Both the position numbers and the translations under genes were made by a program. DNA of 32,000 nt from Candidatus Profftella armatura (GTDB lineage: Bacteria > Pseudomonadota > Gammaproteobacteria > Burkholderiales > Burkholderiaceae), in assembly GCF_000441555.1 (NCBI RefSeq), contig NC_021885.1, forward strand, positions 390,001 to 422,000. The letters run 5' to 3'. The notes below the pieces were generated by a model. That model had not been told where the DNA came from and made no database searches. It saw only the letters and a program-made list of their open reading frames with translations. Position 1 is the first letter of the stretch. Each line of letters starts with the position of its first letter. Positions 21,292 through 28,368 of this stretch are shown here, in pieces.

Positions 21292-22026
21292 ATGAATATT
21301 GTTAATTTTAGACTTAATTCTTTTGTTAAAACTGTTTTAGATGCTTTAAATAATATTGTAACAGATTATAAACCAGCTGTTTTTGCATCAAGTTTAGCAG
21401 CAGAAGATATGGTACTAACAGATTTAATTCTTCGTAATAATTTTGATATTAATATTTTTACATTAAATACTGGTCGTTTACATTCTGAAACTCTTAATAT
21501 GCTTAATAAAATTTATTTAACTTATAAATATAAAATTAAAGTATATTATCCCTTAAATTCTGAAGTTAATAATTATATTTTTAAAAATGGTATAAATGCA
21601 TTTTATGATAGCGTACAAATGCGTAAAAAATGTTGTTATATACGTAAAGTAAAACCATTGAAAAAAGCTTTAATTGGTAATAAATCCTGGATAACTGGAC
21701 AGAGGCGTACTCAATCTATAACTCGAAGTAATTTAGTATTAAAAGAAAAAGATATTATTCATAATGGAATAATTAAATTTAATCCTCTTTATAATTGGTT
21801 AGAAAAAGATATTTGGAATTATATTAATACCTACAATGTTCCATATAATACTTTATATGATAATGGATATTTATCTATTGGTTGTGAACCATGTACTCGT
21901 CCCACTGAGAAAGGAAAAGATATCCGTTCTGGAAGATGGTGGTGGGAAAATTCAAATATAAAAGAATGCGGATTGCATGTATTAGATGGAAAGTTAATTC
22001 GTATAAAGTCACAAAAAGGAATTTAG
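21292..22026 (+). CDS. cysH: Adenylylsulfate (APS)/PAPS reductase, thioredoxin-dependent, Fe-S-cluster type
   Basis: The protein has a PP-loop-like N-terminus (VFASSLAAEDMVLTDL) and the C-terminal redox motif ECGLH. It also has the Cys pair CC (21631-21636) and CEPC (21883-21894), which mark the [4Fe-4S] APS-reductase subclass. Confidence 0.9.
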   Translation: MNIVNFRLNSFVKTVLDALNNIVTDYKPAVFASSLAAEDMVLTDLILRNNFDINIFTLNTGRLHSETLNMLNKIYLTYKYKIKVYYPLNSEVNNYIFKNGINAFYDSVQMRKKCCYIRKVKPLKKALIGNKSWITGQRRTQSITRSNLVLKEKDIIHNGIIKFNPLYNWLEKDIWNYINTYNVPYNTLYDNGYLSIGCEPCTRPTEKGKDIRSGRWWWENSNIKECGLHVLDGKLIRIKSQKGI

Positions 22027-22052
22027 GTTTATTTATAAGTATAAGGATTAAA

Positions 22053-22991
22053 ATGAATAATTTTAAAAATGATATTTTTTATAAAAATAATTTAAATAAT
22101 TTATATCTTGATTGGTTAGAATCTGAAGCTATTCATATTATGAGAGAAGTCTCAGCTGAATGTAACAATCCGGTATTACTTTTTTCAGGAGGAAAAGATT
22201 CAGTAGTATTATTACGCTTAGCAGAAAAAGCATTTAGACCTAGTCGTTTTCCATTTCCAATGGTTCATATTGATACTGGACATAATTTTCCAGAAGTAAT
22301 TTCATTTAGAGATAACTGTATTTCAAAATTAGGTGAGACATTAATTGTTAGATCAGTAGAAGACTCTATAATGAAAGGAACTGTTAGATTACGAAAACCA
22401 AATACTGATTCTAGAAATGCCGCACAATCTATTACTCTCTTAGAAACAATTAAAGAATTTAAATTTGATGCTTGTATAGGTGGCGCACGTCGTGATGAAG
22501 AAAAAGCTCGCGCTAAAGAACGTATATTTTCATTTCGTGATAAATTTGGTCAATGGAATCCTAAATCGCAACGCCCGGAATTATGGAATTTATATAATAC
22601 TCGAGTCCATCCCGGAGAAAACATACGTGTTTTTCCAATTTCCAACTGGACAGAATTGGATATTTGGCAATATATTGAACGTGAAAAAATAATATTACCT
22701 AGTCTTTATTTTGCACATAAAAGAAAAATTATTAAGCGTAAAGGATTATTAATCCCTTTTACAAATTTAACACCAGCTCATCCAGGGGAAATTATTGAAA
22801 ACTTAATGGTAAGATTTCGTACTGTTGGTGATATTTTATGTACATGTCCAATATTATCTAATGCAACTACAGTCGAAGACATTATTAAAGAAATATCTGT
22901 TACACAAATCACTGAGCGTGGTGCCACAAGAATAGATGATCAAAATTCTGAAGCATCTATGGAAAAAAGAAAAAAAACTGGTTATTTTTAA
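22053..22991 (+). CDS. cysD: Sulfate adenylyltransferase subunit 2
   Basis: LDWLESEAIHIMREV, LLFSGGKDSVVLLRLA (PP-loop SGGKDS) and RFRTVGD are CysD motifs. The start is taken at ATG 22053, which has TAAGGA 5-11 nt upstream. The ORF track's start at 21936 lies inside cysH and adds 39 residues with no CysD counterpart. Confidence 0.93.
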   Translation: MNNFKNDIFYKNNLNNLYLDWLESEAIHIMREVSAECNNPVLLFSGGKDSVVLLRLAEKAFRPSRFPFPMVHIDTGHNFPEVISFRDNCISKLGETLIVRSVEDSIMKGTVRLRKPNTDSRNAAQSITLLETIKEFKFDACIGGARRDEEKARAKERIFSFRDKFGQWNPKSQRPELWNLYNTRVHPGENIRVFPISNWTELDIWQYIEREKIILPSLYFAHKRKIIKRKGLLIPFTNLTPAHPGEIIENLMVRFRTVGDILCTCPILSNATTVEDIIKEISVTQITERGATRIDDQNSEASMEKRKKTGYF

Positions 22992-23066
22992 TATATAATT
23001 AATTTTATTAAAATTAATTATTAATTTAAACATATTTAATTAATAAATTTACGTAAATTATATAAA

Positions 23067-24380
23067 ATGAATTTAGAAGCGCCAGAAAAAAAACAAAGTG
23101 TTTTTAAAAAACATAGTTTATTACGTTTTATTACAGCCGGCTCTGTTGATGATGGTAAAAGTACATTAATTGGTAGACTTTTATTTGATAGTAAAAATAT
23201 TTTTATTGATCAATTAGATGCCGTATCTCGTACAAAATATAAACGTGTAATGAGTGGTCATAATATAGATTTATCACTTTTAACTGATGGTTTAGAATCT
23301 GAGCGCGAACAAGGGATAACAATTGATGTTGCGTATCGTTATTTTAATACACCAAAAAGAAAATTTATTATAGCTGATACACCTGGACACGAACAATATA
23401 CACGAAATATGATTACAGGAGCATCAACAGCAGATGCTGTAATTATTCTTATTGATGCATCAAAAATAAAATTTAATCCTAGTGTAAATTTATTAACTCA
23501 AACTAAGCGTCATTCAATTATTGCGCATTTACTTAGAATTAAACATATAATAATTGCCGTTAACAAAATGGACCTTATAAATTATAATCAAATTTTTTAT
23601 AAACGTATAGTCTATGCTTATAAAAAATTTGCAGAAGATATTCATTTTCAAAATATTAATACTATTCCAATTTCAGCTTTAAATGGTGATAATATAATTT
23701 CGGCAAGTAATAATATGTTATGGTATAATGGTCCAACATTAATTTCATTATTAGAATCTTTAAATACAAATGAGAAAATAGATAAAAAACCATTACGTTT
23801 TCCTGTTCAATTAGTAGCTCGTCATTGTGGTCATATATCTAAAGATTTTAGAAGTTATATGGGGAGAATTGAATCTGGTATAATTAAAAAAAATGATTGT
23901 TTAATAGTGGAACCGAGTGGAAAAAAAGCAACTATTAAAGATATTCAAATGCTAAATAAATCATTGGATATGGCAATAACCGGACAATCTGTAACTTTAA
24001 TTATAAAAGAATATTTAGATATCTCACGTGGTAATATGCTTGTTTCTCCATTCAAAAGACCTGTATTATTAAGATCAATTAATGCAAATTTATGCTGGTT
24101 ATCTGAAGAATCGCTTGATTTACGTCGTAAGTATTTGTTAAAACATAGTACTAATCAAATTTTATCTCGTATTTTAAAAATTAATGCATTATTAAATATT
24201 AATACTCAAAAATGGTGTCCACCTAAGTTATTAGATCTTAATGATATAGGTTGTGTAACTATAAATATATATGAACCAATTTCTGTTGATTCCTATGATA
24301 ATATTAGAAGCACTGGTTCATTTATTTTAATTGATGAAATTACTTTTCAAACAGTTGCCGCTGGTATGATTATATTATAA
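23067..24380 (+). CDS. cysN: Sulfate adenylyltransferase subunit 1 (GTPase), no fused APS kinase domain
   Basis: The G-domain motifs are GSVDDGKSTLIGRLL, DTPGHEQY and NKMDL. At 437 aa the protein is too short to carry a CysC fusion. Confidence 0.93.
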   Translation: MNLEAPEKKQSVFKKHSLLRFITAGSVDDGKSTLIGRLLFDSKNIFIDQLDAVSRTKYKRVMSGHNIDLSLLTDGLESEREQGITIDVAYRYFNTPKRKFIIADTPGHEQYTRNMITGASTADAVIILIDASKIKFNPSVNLLTQTKRHSIIAHLLRIKHIIIAVNKMDLINYNQIFYKRIVYAYKKFAEDIHFQNINTIPISALNGDNIISASNNMLWYNGPTLISLLESLNTNEKIDKKPLRFPVQLVARHCGHISKDFRSYMGRIESGIIKKNDCLIVEPSGKKATIKDIQMLNKSLDMAITGQSVTLIIKEYLDISRGNMLVSPFKRPVLLRSINANLCWLSEESLDLRRKYLLKHSTNQILSRILKINALLNINTQKWCPPKLLDLNDIGCVTINIYEPISVDSYDNIRSTGSFILIDEITFQTVAAGMIIL

Positions 24381-24408
24381 TTTTATTGTATAAAATAAAT
24401 TATTATTT

Positions 24409-25107
24409 ATGGGTATAGTTTATATAATTGGCGCTGGCCCAGGAGCGGCTGATTTAATTACTGTACGAGGAGCGCGTTTATTAAAAAAAGCAGATGTTGT
24501 ATTGTATGATGCTCTTATAACTAATGAATTATTAATGTTATGCCCTAAAGCTAAACATATTTTTGTTGGAAAACGTTTTAAAAAACATTCTATTGCACAA
24601 TATATAATTAATCGCATCATTGTTAAATGTGCTTTTAAATATAATTTAGTAGTACGTTTAAAAGGTGGGGATCCAATGTTATTTGGTCGAACTGATGAGG
24701 AATTAAATGCTTTAAAAAAATATAATATTAAAGTAAAAGTTATACCAGGTATTACTGCGGCATTAGCCGCAGCTTCTGAATCAAAACAATCACTTACTAA
24801 ACGAAATATATCTCGGAGCGTTGTATTATTCACCTCTAGTACAATGTTAAAAAATAATTATTTAAAAAATATTCCAATAAGTGATACTCTAGTAGAATAC
24901 ATGGGTGGAAATAATATATTTTTAACTGCTAAAAAATTATTAAAATTAGGATTTTTACCCACAACCCCGGTAATAGTAGTAGAAAATTGCAGCCTCTCAA
25001 ATCAAAAAATCACAAGATTAATTTTATTGGATTTAAAAAAAAAAATATTTCAATTTGAAAAACCAGTTCTTTTTATGATTGGAAAATCTTTAAAATCACA
25101 TTATTAA
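24409..25107 (+). CDS. cobA: Uroporphyrinogen-III C-methyltransferase (SUMT only; siroheme pathway)
   Basis: VYIIGAGPGAADLITVRGARLLKKADVVLYDALI, RLKGGDPMLFGR and PGITAALAAAS are tetrapyrrole methylase motifs. At 232 aa it lacks the N-terminal dehydrogenase/chelatase domain of CysG. Confidence 0.88.
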   Translation: MGIVYIIGAGPGAADLITVRGARLLKKADVVLYDALITNELLMLCPKAKHIFVGKRFKKHSIAQYIINRIIVKCAFKYNLVVRLKGGDPMLFGRTDEELNALKKYNIKVKVIPGITAALAAASESKQSLTKRNISRSVVLFTSSTMLKNNYLKNIPISDTLVEYMGGNNIFLTAKKLLKLGFLPTTPVIVVENCSLSNQKITRLILLDLKKKIFQFEKPVLFMIGKSLKSHY

Positions 25108-25122
25108 ATTTAATTTAAAAAT

Positions 25123-25515
25123 TTATAAAGAACGAATGCAATATTTTGCAATTTCTGTTAATATTTTTTTACTTTCACCAATAGGTAAAGTAGTTCTAAT
25201 ATTTATATTTGGATATATTTTTTTTATATTTTTTAACAAATTTTGTAGATCTCTTTCTATATGATTTCCTTTTCCTATAAATATAGGTACTATAGTAATA
25301 GTATTAATATTTTTTTTATATAATTGCGCAACACATGTAATTAAATTTGGATCTATTAATTCCAAAAAAGCAATTTTAACTATTAAATTAGGTTGTATTT
25401 GTTTTATTTTTTTTTTTAAATATAAAAAAGGTTCTGTCCATTTTACATTACGGGAACCATGAGCAAAAATAATAATTGCCTTTTTCTCAAAAAAAATTTT
25501 TTTAATTTTATTCAT
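25123..25515 (-). CDS. cbiX: CbiX-type small (single-domain) sirohydrochlorin chelatase
   Basis: The 130-aa ORF has IIFAHGSRNVKWTEPF near the N-terminus and IVPIFIGKGNHIERD. These are the two conserved His-containing segments of class II CbiX/SirB chelatases. It lies adjacent and convergent to cobA. The assignment rests on motif recognition only. Confidence 0.6.
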   Translation of the reverse strand: MNKIKKIFFEKKAIIIFAHGSRNVKWTEPFLYLKKKIKQIQPNLIVKIAFLELIDPNLITCVAQLYKKNINTITIVPIFIGKGNHIERDLQNLLKNIKKIYPNINIRTTLPIGESKKILTEIAKYCIRSL

Positions 25516-25669
25516 AATATTTTGTTAATAATAAATTTAATATACTTTAATTAATGTAAATAATAAATATATTTCATATTTAATTTAATAATATTATTAA
25601 ATAAGTTTATTATTAAAATATAATAAATTTTTATATAATTATTATTTAAATAAAAAGGAAAAAATTATT

Positions 25670-27190
25670 ATGGATTTTGATATTAAATTAATTAGTTCGA
25701 CAACATCAATTATGTCTTTAAAGACAGATTGTTTGGTAGTTGGTATTTTTAAAAAAAATAAATTATCAAGTATTGTTAAAGATATTGATAAATATGGCGA
25801 AATTACAAATATACTCAAATCAGGGGATTTAAATGAAAAATTAGGAAGCACATTATTATTAAGAAATATACAAAAAATAAATGCTAAACGTATTTTATTA
25901 GTTAATTTAGGTGATAAAAAAAAAAAAATTAAAGAATCTAATTTTATAAAAATAATTCAATCTATTATGAATGTTTTTTGTAATATAGGAGCTAGTAATT
26001 TATTATTGATGTTACCATTTAATAAAATTGAGAAATATAATTTATCATGTTTAATTATTAGAACTATTATTATTATTTCCGATAATCTATATCGATCAGA
26101 TGCACAAAAAAGTAAAAAAAAACCAATTAAAATTAATATTAAAAAAATTATTTTTGCTTTAGACGAAAAAAATTATATTGATGGAAAAAATGCTATTATT
26201 TATGGATGCGCTATTTCTAAAGGAATTGAATTAACTAAAAATTTAGGCAATTTATCGGCTAATATTTGTACCCCAACTTATCTAGAAAATATTTCTAAAA
26301 AATTAAGTTTTGATTATAAAATGGACATAGAAATAATCAATCGCGAGCAAATGCAGAGATTAAAGATGGGTAGTTTATTATCAGTTACTCATGGAAGCTC
26401 TGAGCCTCCAAAATTAATTATAATAAAATATATGAATGGAAAATTTAAAGAAGCACCTATAGTTCTTGTTGGTAAAGGCGTTACATTTGATACCGGTGGT
26501 ATTTCAATAAAACCTAGTTATTCTATGGATGAAATGAAATATGATATGTGTGGAGCAGCTTCTATTTTAGGTACTTTATATGCTATTTCTGAAATGAATT
26601 TAGAATTAAATATAATTGGAGTTATTGTCGCTAGCGAAAACATGTTATCTGGAAATTCAACAAAACCTGGAGATATTGTTGTTTCAATGTCAGGCAAAAC
26701 CATTGAAGTACTTGATACTGATGCTGAAGGAAGACTTATATTATGTGATGCTTTAACTTATGTAGAAAGATTTAAACCATCTGTTGTAATAGATATTGCA
26801 ACATTAACTGGAGCTTGTGTGGTTGCTTTAGGTCATCATAATTCAGGTCTTTTTAGCCGTAATGATGAGAAACATACGAAATTAGTATTAGATCTTTTAA
26901 GAGCAGGCAAAATGAGTGGTGATACTGCATGGAATATGCCAATTGAAGATAGATATCAAAAACAATTAAAATCTAATTTTGCGGACATTTCTAACATTGG
27001 AAATTCATCAGCAGACAGTATCACTGCCGCTTGTTTTTTGGAAAATTTTACAAAAAAATATGTTTGGGCGCATCTAGATATTGCTGGAGTAGCCTGGAAA
27101 AGTGGAGATAAAAAGGGGGCAACAGGTCGTCCTGTAGCATTATTAACTTACTATTTAATGTTAAAATCACCTAATATAAATTTTAAATAA
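25670..27190 (+). CDS. pepA: Leucyl aminopeptidase (M17)
   Basis: VGKGVTFDTGGISIKP, MKYDMCGAA and the NTDAEGRL-type motif (VLDTDAEGRLILCDAL) are M17 catalytic signatures. The ORF is 506 aa. Confidence 0.93.
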   Translation: MDFDIKLISSTTSIMSLKTDCLVVGIFKKNKLSSIVKDIDKYGEITNILKSGDLNEKLGSTLLLRNIQKINAKRILLVNLGDKKKKIKESNFIKIIQSIMNVFCNIGASNLLLMLPFNKIEKYNLSCLIIRTIIIISDNLYRSDAQKSKKKPIKINIKKIIFALDEKNYIDGKNAIIYGCAISKGIELTKNLGNLSANICTPTYLENISKKLSFDYKMDIEIINREQMQRLKMGSLLSVTHGSSEPPKLIIIKYMNGKFKEAPIVLVGKGVTFDTGGISIKPSYSMDEMKYDMCGAASILGTLYAISEMNLELNIIGVIVASENMLSGNSTKPGDIVVSMSGKTIEVLDTDAEGRLILCDALTYVERFKPSVVIDIATLTGACVVALGHHNSGLFSRNDEKHTKLVLDLLRAGKMSGDTAWNMPIEDRYQKQLKSNFADISNIGNSSADSITAACFLENFTKKYVWAHLDIAGVAWKSGDKKGATGRPVALLTYYLMLKSPNINFK

Positions 27191-27199
27191 TAATTAAAT

Positions 27200-27830
27200 A
27201 TGAAAATTGCTACTTGGGATATTAATTCTATTAAAGTTCGTTTATCTCATATTTTACGATGATTAATTAGTATTTTATGTTTTAAAAAAAACTAAAAATT
27301 ACTAATAATAAATTTCCTGTTTCTGAAATCGAGTCAGAGGGCTTTAAGATTATATTTATTGAACAAAAATCTTATAATTATTTTGCAATTTTATTGCGCT
27401 TTGGAATAAATAATCTATATTTTCCAGACAAACATCAACACTTAATTACATTAAAATAGAGCGGTTTCGTATTATTTGTGTCTATTCTCCTCACGGAGAA
27501 TCGTTAGAACACCAAGTATCAATACAAATTAAATTAGTTATACGCATTTAAAAATTAGTTTCTAGAGAACTTTCTTTTTCACAAAAATAATATAAATATT
27601 ACCCCAGAAAATTGTGATGTATATAATACAGTATTATTAAGAAATAAAATAACATTTTCTTATCTTGAATATCTATTTTTTAAAATTCAAATAGTTGAAT
27701 TATGAAAAATGAGTTTTTCTCATAATATTACGAATTGATTATATATTATTTTGTAAATCTTGTATTATTGATACAATTCCATGGGGCACCTATAAAAATC
27801 ACACTCCCTAATTTAGATATTTCTTTTTAA
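27200..27830 (+). pseudogene. xth: Exodeoxyribonuclease III (xth) pseudogene, multiply disrupted and shortened
   Basis: The first 20 codons read MKIATWDINSIKVRLSHILR, the typical ExoIII N-terminus, then TGA at 27260-27262 where homologs have Trp (..L.WL..). Downstream, ExoIII-like fragments appear in shifting frames: KFPVSEIESEGFK, EQKSYNYFAILLR (compare GQK.YNGVAIL.R), RIICVYSPHGES, YQYKLN, NITPENCDVYN (compare NIAPED.DV) and KNHTP (compare SDHAP). No ORF of 60 aa or more exists on either strand across 27191-28008. Confidence 0.8.
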
Positions 27831-27893
27831 TTAATTCTTAAAAATAGTTTTTTAAAAAAAAGCATTTTTAAAAAGTATGTTATTATTAAATTA

Positions 27894-27923
27894 ATTGACC
27901 AGTAATTAAATTTTATTTTATAT
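27894..27923 (+). promoter_or_regulatory. Candidate sigma70-type promoter for rpsO (TTGACC - 18 nt - TATATT)
   Basis: TTGACC at 27894-27899 is one of the few good -35 hexamers in the spacer, and TATATT lies at 27918-27923. -10-like hexamers are ubiquitous in DNA this AT-rich, so this call is weak. Confidence 0.25.
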
Positions 27924-28008
27924 TTATACTTTTATAAATTTATTATAATATAATAATTTTAAATATTTTTAAAAAATCTATTCTATTATTTGTTAAAGTT
28001 GAAGTTTT

Positions 28009-28278
28009 ATGACAATTAAAAACAATATTAAAGCTTCTATTATCCTAGATAATTCTCGTACTAAAAATGATACTGGGTCTCCAGAAGTACAAGTTGCTTT
28101 ATTAACTTCACGAATTAATGATTTAAATATTCATTTTAAGTTACATATTAAAGATCATCATTCTCGTCGCGGTTTAATTATGATGGTAAATCGTAGAAAA
28201 CGTTTACTATCTTATTTAAAAAATAAAGATATAAATCGTTATCGCTTATTGATTGATAAACTTCATTTGCGAAAATAA
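28009..28278 (+). CDS. rpsO: 30S ribosomal protein S15
   Basis: The 89-aa ORF has [50 protein letters not shown], the canonical S15 sequence. It sits upstream of pnp as in the conserved rpsO-pnp unit. Confidence 0.95.
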   Translation: MTIKNNIKASIILDNSRTKNDTGSPEVQVALLTSRINDLNIHFKLHIKDHHSRRGLIMMVNRRKRLLSYLKNKDINRYRLLIDKLHLRK

Positions 28279-28284
28279 TAATAT

Positions 28285-28314
28285 ATGCTCGCATCAATTA
28301 ATAGATGCGGGCAT
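28285..28314 (+). promoter_or_regulatory. GC-rich stem-loop between rpsO and pnp (attenuator or processing hairpin; no U-tract)
   Basis: ATGCTCGCATC (28285-28295), loop AATTAATA, then GATGCGGGCAT (28304-28314) form an 11-bp stem with one G-U pair. The hairpin begins 6 nt after the rpsO stop and is followed by TTAAAAATT rather than a T run. Confidence 0.5.
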
Positions 28315-28368
28315 TTAAAAATTAATCTTAAATAAAATTAAAATAATTATTACAAGAAAGGAAATTTT

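Noticed and set aside
21936-22052. The ORF track's 39-codon N-terminal extension of cysD, which overlaps the 3' end of cysH.
   Set aside because: The extension (MVVGKFKYKRMRIACIRW...) has no CysD counterpart and lies in an alternate frame of cysH. The ATG at 22053 has a TAAGGA Shine-Dalgarno and gives a standard-length CysD.
24420-24833. A 137-aa antisense ORF inside cobA. Similar antisense or alternate-frame ORFs occur at 31424-31840 (138 aa, in the fumarase), 29637-29915 (pnp), 26518-26703 and 25642-25851 (pepA), 22480-22692 (cysD), 14758-14946 (aspS) and 8015-8203 (tmk).
   Set aside because: Each lies wholly within a confidently assigned gene. They arise where the relatively G+C-richer conserved codons of the sense gene happen to lack antisense stops, and none shows a family signature. 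I could not rule out expression, but nothing in the sequence supports it.
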